From a virus: a stretch of 64,000 nucleotides of DNA. A program made the translations under genes and the position numbers. The stretch covers positions 10,231 through 74,230 of the IMG/VR virus record IMGVR_UViG_3300017978_000305. One strand, written 5' to 3'. Shown piece by piece: positions 49,928 through 57,927 of the stretch; within the stretch, counting starts at the first letter, position 1, and each line of letters opens with the position of its first letter. The notes under the pieces were generated by a model. That model did no database searches and was not told the DNA's origin. It worked only from the letters and a program-made list of their open reading frames with translations.

Positions 49928-50302
49928 ATGAACAAGGCAGTAATTGATTCCTATCTAAGGAACTTGCTGGGTTCGCTACTTGGTGCAATCACGATTGTGG
50001 CAACTAGCTCTGGCATCGCCTCACCTGTTGACTTTGGTCTTGGTGAGTGGCTACTAGTAGCTAACGCTCTATGGGCATCTGCTGTTCCAACCCTTATCCG
50101 CTGGGTCAACAAGAAGGATCCAGCATTTGGTTTGGTAGCTGAGGCGGTAGCGTCTTCCGTTACAACTAAGCTAGAAGAGGCAGCCAAGGAAGCCCCTAAG
50201 GCAACTGCAAGCAAGGCAACTACCAAGAAGCCTGCAGCAAAGAAACCAGCAGCGAAGAAGACAAGTGGTGGAGGCTCAGCTTCCCCACAGCAGTTCCAGT
50301 AA
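49928..50302 (+). CDS. Holin-like membrane protein with a Lys/Ala-rich tail
   Basis: AAGGAG RBS, 2 hydrophobic helices, 'PTLIRWVNKKDPAFG'. Confidence 0.55.
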   Translation: MNKAVIDSYLRNLLGSLLGAITIVATSSGIASPVDFGLGEWLLVANALWASAVPTLIRWVNKKDPAFGLVAEAVASSVTTKLEEAAKEAPKATASKATTKKPAAKKPAAKKTSGGGSASPQQFQ

Positions 50303-50311
50303 TTAAGAAGA

Positions 50312-50360
50312 GTCTGTTCTGGACAGCAATACCTTATAGATGTTGCTGTTCCAGACAGGC
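50312..50360. terminator. Hairpin between convergent genes (bidirectional terminator candidate)
   Basis: CTGG-ACAGCAA ... TTGCTGT-TCCAG inverted repeat. Confidence 0.55.
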
Positions 50361-50361
50361 C

Positions 50362-51090
50362 TTAATAAGTAGGCCAGTTAGTTCTCATAAATTCTTGTGA
50401 CAAAACTTTAGACAGCTTAGGCTGGTAGTATTTGTTAGGATCTATATACTTTACCCTAGTACCACGCTCTTCAGGTGTCATCTGATTAAAGAAGCTTACA
50501 AGAGTAATTCTTGGATTGCCACCAGTAACAGGAGTTACAAAGTGCTCATAGCTGTATCCAGCTGGGAACAAGAATAGCTGATTAGCCTTTGGCTTAATCT
50601 GTACACCAAAGTGCATAAAGTTAAGCTCACCACCCTCATAGTCATCATTGGGATAGTACACCATCGAAACAGTTCTTGGTGTTGCAAAGGAGTCGTCTGG
50701 ATGCATTCCAAAGAACTCTCCAGTGCCTGCAAACTTTGTAATTCTTAGGTCCTCACGGCTGTGTGGGTCCACATTCCAGTGGTACAAATAAGAGTCAATA
50801 ACTTCAGAGAGGGCATCTTCAATCTCACTGTGGTGATCTAGCCAACATGTTTTGCTCTTCTTGCCAGTTTCTTGATCTAGATAGTCTTCTCTGACCCATG
50901 GCTTATCTAGCTTAGTTGCTTCATTCTCCCAGAACTCATCTGTGTCCAGCTTTTCAAAAAACTTCATGGCATCAGGCCATACATTGCTATAGATATGCAC
51001 ACCTGGAATCGGTGACTCATAACTAAACTTGTTGCCTGCTTGGGAAGTTGTGACGTTATTATTAGCGTCCAGTATCTTTTCACTGTTCAT
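50362..51090 (-). CDS. Prolyl-4-hydroxylase-like 2OG-Fe(II) oxygenase
   Basis: 'MHPDD', 'YYPNDDYEGGE', 'YEHFV...PR'. Confidence 0.82.
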   Translation of the reverse strand: MNSEKILDANNNVTTSQAGNKFSYESPIPGVHIYSNVWPDAMKFFEKLDTDEFWENEATKLDKPWVREDYLDQETGKKSKTCWLDHHSEIEDALSEVIDSYLYHWNVDPHSREDLRITKFAGTGEFFGMHPDDSFATPRTVSMVYYPNDDYEGGELNFMHFGVQIKPKANQLFLFPAGYSYEHFVTPVTGGNPRITLVSFFNQMTPEERGTRVKYIDPNKYYQPKLSKVLSQEFMRTNWPTY

Positions 51091-51165
51091 CTAGATCAAT
51101 CCTATCTCTGATAGTTAAATTATATCATATGCTATAATTATTACTAACCATAGAAGGGGTTTATT

Positions 51166-51453
51166 ATGAGCGAGCAGCTTATTTTTGTATCTGGAACAAA
51201 CTGTAAGTTTTCAGAAGAGGTAGCACCATTAGTAAAGGTGTTTTCGGATCGTTATCCACAAATTGAAATCATTGAACTATCTGCTGGAAAAGATGAGCAA
51301 AAGTTTAGTGAGCTAACTTCTGGCAAATACTTTAACTCCACCCCAACCTTCGTAGCACTACGAGACGGTAATGTAATTGAGTGGCAAGAGGGAAGAGCCT
51401 GCGACAACAAGATGGCTCAGATGTTTGGGCTAGAAGCTCCAAGAGGCGTTTAG
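51166..51453 (+). CDS. Thioredoxin-like protein (CxxS)
   Basis: 'NCKFSEEVAP', cis-Pro 'STPTF'. Confidence 0.65.
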   Translation: MSEQLIFVSGTNCKFSEEVAPLVKVFSDRYPQIEIIELSAGKDEQKFSELTSGKYFNSTPTFVALRDGNVIEWQEGRACDNKMAQMFGLEAPRGV

Positions 51454-51539
51454 TATATAAACTTTTGCTTCTTTGAGTTTTTCTTTAGCTCTCTGTTGAA
51501 CTTAGCAACAAGCCAAGCACGTTTAATTCTTTTAAACAA
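51450..51539 (-). CDS. Small basic peptide ending FIY (not in the ORF track)
   Basis: TTG start; MFKRIKRAWLVAKFNRELKKNSKKQKFIY; overlaps the end of the SGNH-like gene. Confidence 0.5.
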   Translation of the reverse strand: MFKRIKRAWLVAKFNRELKKNSKKQKFIY

Positions 51540-52515
51540 TGTCCCACCCCAATTCTGCTGCTCTTGCTAAAAACTTTTCAGACCAGATCCTGTGTGTTAT
51601 AGTTCCATGATGACCATCTCTGCGTCTAACATCGTTTTTCTTTAGAGTGCCAGACTGCTTTTTCTCTGCTGCAATTTCAGATGTCATCATTCTTACTTCG
51701 GCATCAGTTCCCATGTATACAAAGTTGTCGAAATTATACATGCCCTTTATGTTTTCTCCATCATTGCCCAGCCAGGTTGACCACAACACCTTTATGTTAA
51801 GGCTTTCGCAATACCTAAGATAAAGCTTCCAGCCAGCAATAAATCTAACAAACTCACTAAAGTATAATGATCTATCGAACTCGTGCTTTTGCTTATAGTC
51901 TAATACAGCCTTAGTTCTTTCTCCACGATTGCTTAGGTGGTCCTCAGTGTATCTTTGAATGTATGCCCACTGCCCATCCTCCTGAAAGTATTGCCAGTAT
52001 CTTGCTATGTTTGGCAACATTATAAACATGTAGTCTGGAATGCCATACTTATCAAAGTAAACTGTGGAGTTGGCAATTATCTTTTCCCATCCCCAACCAC
52101 CACGAGCCAAATTAAAGAACCCAGATAGCTCATTCTTTTCCGCAATTGTATCGTATAATATGCTAGACCAAAACTCTCCATAGCTACCACCGTAGCCTTC
52201 TGTTTCAGAGCAGCCCATAAACAGCACGTGCTTTTTGCCATCATGGTTGTCAGAGAACTCTCCAGATCTAAATCCGTTCTTGTTGTATATGTATTCTACT
52301 TCTCCATCATCAGCTGCACCCTCCACTGGAAGCTTAGACAGAACCCTAGAGTAGTCTCCAGACGGAATATGTTCAGACTTCATCCATGTAAGATCAAGAT
52401 TATTAAAGAATACATCATCAGCACTGCCCTTAAGCTTGTCAGACTCATCTTCATGAATTGTTAGGTCAGACTGGGGGTAGCCAGAGCCATTGTCTCTATT
52501 GCTTTTAAAGTTCAT
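51532..52515 (-). CDS. SGNH/GDSL-fold protein 2
   Basis: 'MGCSETEG', 'FNLARGG', 'RDGHHG'; paralogue of 48884-49822. Confidence 0.62.
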   Translation of the reverse strand: MNFKSNRDNGSGYPQSDLTIHEDESDKLKGSADDVFFNNLDLTWMKSEHIPSGDYSRVLSKLPVEGAADDGEVEYIYNKNGFRSGEFSDNHDGKKHVLFMGCSETEGYGGSYGEFWSSILYDTIAEKNELSGFFNLARGGWGWEKIIANSTVYFDKYGIPDYMFIMLPNIARYWQYFQEDGQWAYIQRYTEDHLSNRGERTKAVLDYKQKHEFDRSLYFSEFVRFIAGWKLYLRYCESLNIKVLWSTWLGNDGENIKGMYNFDNFVYMGTDAEVRMMTSEIAAEKKQSGTLKKNDVRRRDGHHGTITHRIWSEKFLARAAELGWDIV

Positions 52516-53200
52516 TTAATTTCCTTAAGTAGATATCGTAAAATCCTAGAGGATGCAATGCAAAGAATGCAACTTCCCAATCTTTATTATAGAACAAAAA
52601 CTCGTTCACTGCTTGAAAAGTCCCATAGAGTTTATCCTCAATAACCCCATCATAGATAATATAATCATTAAGACCTATGATGCCTCCAACTGGCACTAGC
52701 TTGCTGCACTTCTTTAAAGACTCTCTTATCTCTATCCTGTCATTAATAAAGTCTATGTATATAAAGTCATACTCTTGTGATTGTGGTATTTGTTCTGGTG
52801 CCCTGGCCTTTATCGTCTTAACGTCAAAGTCAGCATACTTTTCTTTTATGTATTGCTCGTGAGTTTCTGGGAGGTAGAGAAGTTCGTGCTTGTAGTTATC
52901 GCACTTGCACTCCCCAAACTTTCTCCAAGACCAGCACTTCAGATCCTGATCATAGGTATCCATTAGATGAAGCAGGGATGGATTTTTAGTACAGACTAAG
53001 TCAGTAAAGTATCCCCAAGCTACACCTATCTCCAAGTATCTTAGGCCCTCTGGTAAATACTTTATAAAAGATTCTCTGTTTGTTAATACTTTTGCGTTAG
53101 CTAGCTGATGAGGACTTATCTCCATAGCACTTTCTACAAAAGTATCTTCAAAGTTTGTGTTAGAGCTGGGACTTAGGTATCCCGTAGGTATCTTTGGCAT
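52505..53200 (-). CDS. Class I SAM-dependent methyltransferase (Methyltransf_24-like)
   Basis: 'YLEIGVAWG', 'YDFIYID', 'GGIIGLNDY'. Confidence 0.8.
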   Translation of the reverse strand: MPKIPTGYLSPSSNTNFEDTFVESAMEISPHQLANAKVLTNRESFIKYLPEGLRYLEIGVAWGYFTDLVCTKNPSLLHLMDTYDQDLKCWSWRKFGECKCDNYKHELLYLPETHEQYIKEKYADFDVKTIKARAPEQIPQSQEYDFIYIDFINDRIEIRESLKKCSKLVPVGGIIGLNDYIIYDGVIEDKLYGTFQAVNEFLFYNKDWEVAFFALHPLGFYDIYLRKLNEL

Positions 53201-53268
53201 ATATTCCTTTTACTATATTTTATCACATCTGACTGATGTTTGATTATTTACTATGGTATAATCTATTC

Positions 53269-53550
53269 ATGGCAAGACATTCACTAATAGCTTTATCAAG
53301 CACCTCTCCAACTAGGCTTACCCCAGTAGGAACCCACTCTGGAATAGATCTAACAATGCAGAATGTTAATCAGTCTGGATATATTTATCTTGGTGCAGCG
53401 GATGTTTCTAGCGAAAGCTATGGATATCGCCTTCTTCCAAATCACGCATTCTCTGTTGAGATCAATGGTACAGAGTCTGTTTATGCTGTATCATCTGCAC
53501 CAGATATGAAGATTGCTACGCTAAGCACAAAGTTGGAGTCTGGTTCGTAA
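53269..53550 (+). CDS. Small beta-rich, probably structural protein
   Basis: 'LTMQNVN..GYIYLGAADV..SYGYRL'; starts after TATAAT. Confidence 0.45.
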   Translation: MARHSLIALSSTSPTRLTPVGTHSGIDLTMQNVNQSGYIYLGAADVSSESYGYRLLPNHAFSVEINGTESVYAVSSAPDMKIATLSTKLESGS

Positions 53551-54005
53551 TGGCAAGGTTTACACATCCAGCTATTGGCGGTACTGGATCTTCAGAAGAC
53601 GGTACCTGGATTGTTGAAGGTGGAACTCTTAATGGAAACCAACCAACATTCAGTAGCGATCCCATGTTTTCTGGAAGATGGACAAGATTCGACAATCTAG
53701 TTCACTTTAGCATTAATGTAGAGATGGACAATATTACAAGCTTTGGAACTGGTCAGTACTATGTAAAGCTTCCCTTCGTATCTAAGTCTAACTATCTTCT
53801 CTCTGATGGATGTTTGCATGATAGTTCTACTGGAGATGAGTATGCAATTTTAGGTCACGTTCAGGCTGGCTCTGATGTTCTAAGCCTTCTCACAACAACA
53901 TCTAACGGAAGACAGAATCCTTTTACAAATAACGTTCCAGTTACACTAAGCACTGCAGATAACTTTCACATTGCAGGCACATATGAGTGCCTAGTAGTGC
54001 TATAA
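53550..54005 (+). CDS. Tail-fibre-tip-like protein
   Basis: 'GRWTRFDNLVHF...SFGTGQYYVKLPF' pattern typical of fibre C-terminal domains. Confidence 0.45.
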   Translation: MARFTHPAIGGTGSSEDGTWIVEGGTLNGNQPTFSSDPMFSGRWTRFDNLVHFSINVEMDNITSFGTGQYYVKLPFVSKSNYLLSDGCLHDSSTGDEYAILGHVQAGSDVLSLLTTTSNGRQNPFTNNVPVTLSTADNFHIAGTYECLVVL

Positions 54006-54011
54006 TAAAAT

Positions 54012-54098
54012 AGTCCCCATACAGGACAAGGTCGCTCAACCTTAGGATGATTAGTTACCATTTACAGCTGGGCATCGCCAGGGTCGCTGTATGGGGCT
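54012..54098 (+). ncRNA. Candidate stand-alone structured RNA (multi-way junction)
   Basis: 10-bp closing stem CCCCATACAG/CTGTATGGGG enclosing hairpins AAGGT/ACCTT and CTGG/CCAG; TATAAT at 54001-54006. Confidence 0.55.
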
Positions 54099-54119
54099 TT
54101 TCCATGCTATAATATAGCT

Positions 54120-55334
54120 ATGCCATATCGTGTTGGAGAAAAAGGTTCTTACGGTTGTGAGGGATACCCTGCCGTTAAAGAAGATGGTACCGTAATGGGT
54201 TGCCACAAGACAGCTGAAGAAGCTGCTAATCAAATTTATGCAATCAATCAGTCTGAAGGTAACATCGAAGAAAAAGAGATGATCACTAATGATGGTGGCA
54301 TGGGAATTAAGAATCCACAGGAGTGGCCAGTAACTAAGGCTGACCCTTGCTGGGAAGGCTATACACAACGTGGCATGAAGCCAGGAGACAATGGACGCAT
54401 GGTTCCAAACTGCGTTCCAGTATCTAAAGCTGATGCAGCACTTACTGAGGGAGACTTCGTAATGGCCAGAACAACTGAGGGTATGGTTGTGGGTCAGGTA
54501 GAGCATATCATGGTTGAGGGTGGCACCTATGGCCAACCAGGTAACCCCTACGCAGTAGAGTCTACTCCAGAAAATCCTGCAGTAGCAATTAGAATTTTAG
54601 AAGAAGATGATGGCGTATATTATTACACACCATATTCTATTGGAGCACTTATGTCAAACGTTGAGAGGATCAATATGCCAAACATCAGCATGGAAGAGTA
54701 TGAGGAAGAGGACATGGAGATGATGGCTAAGGCTGACACCTATACACCAACCTCTGGAATGAAGGCAGCTGCACGACGTGCACTGAAGTGGAAAGAAGAT
54801 GGCAAGGCAACTGGTGCAGGCACTCCTGTTGGCTGGGGTAGAGCAAGTGACATCGTAGCTGGTAGGGCTATGTCTCTTAGCACAGTTAAGCGTATGTATT
54901 CCTTCTTCTCTCGCCACGAAGTTGACAAGAAGGGCAAAGACTTCTATAACACAAGCAATCCATCTAACGGTCGCATTATGTGGGATGCATGGGGTGGCGA
55001 TGCAGGTTTCTCTTGGTCTCGTGGCATTGTGAATAGAATGGAAGACAAGGCCCTGTTTAGTAATTTTGGTAAGGACTGGACAAGCTCACGTGGACTGCCA
55101 GAATTGTTTAAGTCTGTAGGTGTTGGATCAATGGTCTCCTGGAATTCTTCTGGCGGTCGTGCAGAAGGAAAGATTACTAGGATTATTCGTGATGGCAAGT
55201 ACAAGGTTCCAGGAACTGATGTTACTGTGACTGGCACACCAGAAGAGCCTGCTGCTGTAATCCGTCTATATCGTGATGGAAAGCCTACAGACACCATTGT
55301 AGCCCATAAGCTAAAGACTCTACGAGGCAAGTAA
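54120..55334 (+). CDS. Modular head-associated-like protein with a C-terminal DUF2945/Tudor-like domain
   Basis: Modules 'DPCWEGY...VPNCVP', 'YTPTSGMKAAARRAL...MWDAWGGDAG', 'VGSMVSWNSSGGRAEGKI'. Confidence 0.5.
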   Translation: MPYRVGEKGSYGCEGYPAVKEDGTVMGCHKTAEEAANQIYAINQSEGNIEEKEMITNDGGMGIKNPQEWPVTKADPCWEGYTQRGMKPGDNGRMVPNCVPVSKADAALTEGDFVMARTTEGMVVGQVEHIMVEGGTYGQPGNPYAVESTPENPAVAIRILEEDDGVYYYTPYSIGALMSNVERINMPNISMEEYEEEDMEMMAKADTYTPTSGMKAAARRALKWKEDGKATGAGTPVGWGRASDIVAGRAMSLSTVKRMYSFFSRHEVDKKGKDFYNTSNPSNGRIMWDAWGGDAGFSWSRGIVNRMEDKALFSNFGKDWTSSRGLPELFKSVGVGSMVSWNSSGGRAEGKITRIIRDGKYKVPGTDVTVTGTPEEPAAVIRLYRDGKPTDTIVAHKLKTLRGK

Positions 55335-55340
55335 TATACT

Positions 55341-55361
55341 GGGGGTATGTTCATATACCCC
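55341..55361. terminator. Hairpin between convergent genes
   Basis: GGGGTAT-GTTCAT-ATACCCC. Confidence 0.55.
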
Positions 55362-55379
55362 TAATTTGCAATTAAGCTT

Positions 55380-55655
55380 TTAGCTCTCTTGCTCTCTTGT
55401 ATAAGTTCTAATTTTGTGGCAATTAGCACACACAACATCGCACTTTGCAACTTCATTCCAGGCAGCAGCCTCACCGTAGTTTCTTAAGACACGATAAACT
55501 ACGTCTATTTTTTGAAATTCTGGTTTGTGATCAAACTCTAATACATAGTGTGGGAAGTGGCTTCTACAATCAGCACAGCCAAGCTTCTCCTTATAGAGAT
55601 GTAACTCTTCTAAGACTTTATGAAGTTCTTTTTTCTGTTTGGCTGATTTGACCAT
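55380..55655 (-). CDS. HNH-like endonuclease
   Basis: 'CADC...LEFDH...CDVVCANCH'. Confidence 0.8.
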   Translation of the reverse strand: MVKSAKQKKELHKVLEELHLYKEKLGCADCRSHFPHYVLEFDHKPEFQKIDVVYRVLRNYGEAAAWNEVAKCDVVCANCHKIRTYTREQES

Positions 55656-55688
55656 ACGGTATAATTATACCAAGGAAGTTTGAGAGTT

Positions 55689-56390
55689 ATGAAAAAAGAC
55701 CTAACATTTGTGTATATTTGTAGAGCTGGAGATAATGAAGAGTTGCGATACTCTATAAGATCAGTTCTGCACTTTTTCCCAACCGCTAAAATCTGGGTAG
55801 TTGGAGAGCCACCCAAATGGTATGATGGCGACTACATTAAGGTCAAGCAGACTGGAACAAAGTATGGGAACGCCTATAGAAACTTATCTATCATAGCTTC
55901 CAGCCCTCAGCTTCCAGAAGAGATAATTATCATGAACGATGACTTCTATATAATAGGTGAGGTTGAAAGCTTTGGTCCATTCCACGAGGGCAGCCTAATT
56001 GACAAATACAATCTATACTTTGATACCTACCAAATGTCTTCATATACTAAGAAACTATTTGAAACATACAATAGGCTAAGGAAGATGAAGTTTGATGATC
56101 CTAAGTCTTATGAGCTACACGTACCTATTACGGTAGAGAGAAGTAAGTTATCTAGAGTTATGAAGTATGAGAACCTGCTATGGAGATCAATGTATGGAAA
56201 CATGTTTGAGCTAAAGGGAGAACAGATGCAGGATGTTAAGGTTTATACCACGGTAAAGATGAACTTTAAAAACTATGACTATAAGAATATAACATCACCA
56301 TTTATATCTAGTGACGACTCTTCATTCGAGATACTAAGAAGATCTATACTGTCAAAGTTGTTTAAGAAGAAAACCAAATACGAAAAATAA
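55689..56390 (+). CDS. Stealth-like (sugar-phosphate transferase-like) protein
   Basis: 'ELRYSIRSV...IWVVG..PKW' and 'IIMNDDFY' resemble Stealth conserved region 2. Confidence 0.5.
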   Translation: MKKDLTFVYICRAGDNEELRYSIRSVLHFFPTAKIWVVGEPPKWYDGDYIKVKQTGTKYGNAYRNLSIIASSPQLPEEIIIMNDDFYIIGEVESFGPFHEGSLIDKYNLYFDTYQMSSYTKKLFETYNRLRKMKFDDPKSYELHVPITVERSKLSRVMKYENLLWRSMYGNMFELKGEQMQDVKVYTTVKMNFKNYDYKNITSPFISSDDSSFEILRRSILSKLFKKKTKYEK

Positions 56391-56391
56391 G

Positions 56392-56464
56392 TATCCCTGG
56401 TGGGACTCGAACCCACACTGTATTGATTTTAAGTCAACTCTCTCTACCATTGGAATACAGGGAC
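56392..56464 (-). tRNA. tRNA-Leu(TAA) with a short variable loop
   Basis: Acceptor GTCCCTG/CAGGGAT, anticodon arm GTTGA-CTTAAAA-TCAAT, 5-nt variable region. Confidence 0.85.
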
Positions 56465-56469
56465 CTGTG

Positions 56470-56542
56470 TGCCCTCGGCAGGAATCGAACCTGCGACCAA
56501 GAGATTAGAAGGCTCTTGCTCTATCCACTGAGCTACGAGGGC
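56470..56542 (-). tRNA. tRNA-Arg(TCT)
   Basis: Acceptor GCCCTCG/CGAGGGC, loop CTTCTAA. Confidence 0.92.
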
Positions 56543-56548
56543 AGTTTG

Positions 56549-56622
56549 TAGGGAGTATGGGACTTGAACCCATGACCGAACGATTATGAGTCGTTTGCTC
56601 TAACCAGCTGAGCTAACTCCCC
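56549..56622 (-). tRNA. tRNA with CAT anticodon, probably Ile2
   Basis: Acceptor GGGGAGT/ACTCCCT, arm AACGA-CTCATAA-TCGTT; no initiator features (no 1:72 mismatch, no triple G-C). Confidence 0.85.
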
Positions 56623-56628
56623 CAACGA

Positions 56629-57342
56629 CTACTCGTAAAGAGCAGCAATCGTCTCTGGGAATGCTTCCTTAGCTAAGGCAAGAACAGCTTCCGCATACTT
56701 CTGAATTTCATACTGAGCATCATGCTCTAGCCTTTGATCCAGGAATGTTAGAATACCCTGCAGAGAAACAGTCCAACGCCAACGTACGTACATTCCGTAG
56801 GCAGGCAAGAACAGTCGTGCAATCTCTGGTGCAATTCCGTCATCCATAGCTTGGTGGTATGCCTCTGTACCCTGCACAACAGCCTCACAGAGCATGTCAA
56901 AGTACTTCTGACCAATCTCTACGTCAACAGGTTCTCCAGACCCCTGCTTGCTGTTCTCAGGCTTAGAACGCCACTCATGAGGCAATGGAATGTAGAACTT
57001 CTCATCCTCAGTAATGTAGCGACGTGATGATTCGTTCCAACCATTTTGTTCGTCAACGTGAGTAGAAGCTACAGCATACTTCCACCACTGTCTTGCAACA
57101 AATAGTGGAGCATATACCTCAAAGGTTAGTGCTGCATGCCTAAATGGTGATGTGTGCTTCTCCCTAATCAAAAAGTTAAGTAGCTTGGCATCACGCTCTG
57201 AGAATGTCTTTGACTCTTTATCGTAAGACACTCTTGCAGCATTTGCCACACTCAGGTCATCCCCAAGGGTATCTACAAGGCGTACATACCCTTCATCCAA
57301 TACCTTTACTGGCTCTGGAAATGTTTTAATAATTGTTGTCAT
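56629..57342 (-). CDS. thyX: FAD-dependent thymidylate synthase
   Basis: 'ARVSY', 'HTSPFRH', 'FVARQW', 'NESSRRY', 'EIARLFLP', 'HAQYEI'. Confidence 0.92.
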   Translation of the reverse strand: MTTIIKTFPEPVKVLDEGYVRLVDTLGDDLSVANAARVSYDKESKTFSERDAKLLNFLIREKHTSPFRHAALTFEVYAPLFVARQWWKYAVASTHVDEQNGWNESSRRYITEDEKFYIPLPHEWRSKPENSKQGSGEPVDVEIGQKYFDMLCEAVVQGTEAYHQAMDDGIAPEIARLFLPAYGMYVRWRWTVSLQGILTFLDQRLEHDAQYEIQKYAEAVLALAKEAFPETIAALYE

Positions 57343-57632
57343 TCTGTTGGCCAATCCCCATCTAGAACCATCATAGCAATGGCACTGTAATTTAACATGT
57401 CTAGGAAAGAGTCACGCAGACTCTCGTTTTCTGGTGTAGCACCGTTGTCAATCAAATGGTTAATCCTGGACATCTTGTCATGCATACGCACACGTAAACC
57501 GTTTAATGGTCCACCTGGAGCAAGAGCAATATTCTTTGGTCCATAGTCAGCCTGCTTCTTTACTAAAATATCTAACGCATAAGCATAGTGCACAGAAGCT
57601 AAATCTTTAAAATCAGCTAGATCTCTAGTCAT
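57339..57632 (-). CDS. Nmad1/DUF1599-like nucleotide-modification-associated protein
   Basis: 'KKQADYG', 'RMHDKMSRI', 'ESLRDSFLDMLNYS'. Confidence 0.75.
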   Translation of the reverse strand: MTRDLADFKDLASVHYAYALDILVKKQADYGPKNIALAPGGPLNGLRVRMHDKMSRINHLIDNGATPENESLRDSFLDMLNYSAIAMMVLDGDWPTE

Positions 57633-57924
57633 TGCTCTCCTCAATCACTGCCACAATATCACGGTATGCAAGGATAAGATAGTCTTCACCATCAAACTGT
57701 ACTTCAGTTCCTTGGTACTTTGCGAAGGCCACCTTGTCACCAACATTTAGGTCTGGCTTCATAAGAACGCCGTTGTCTAGCTCTAGCCCTGGGCCAACTG
57801 CTACAACGATTGCTTCGCTTGGCTTCTCCTCATGCAGTCCTGCAAGGATTAGTCCAGAAGAAGTTGTCTTTTCCTGATCCTTAACAACCTTGACAACTAC
57901 TTTATCATTTAGTGGTTTAATCAT
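57625..57924 (-). CDS. groES: Co-chaperonin GroES
   Basis: 'IKPLNDKVVV', 'SGLIL', 'VVAVGPG', 'VGDKV.FAKY.GTEV'. Confidence 0.95.
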   Translation of the reverse strand: MIKPLNDKVVVKVVKDQEKTTSSGLILAGLHEEKPSEAIVVAVGPGLELDNGVLMKPDLNVGDKVAFAKYQGTEVQFDGEDYLILAYRDIVAVIEESND

Positions 57925-57927
57925 TTA

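Noticed and set aside
55380-55655. HNH gene as an active mobile element
   Set aside because: A free-standing 91-aa HNH with no intron context; common in phages and may serve packaging.
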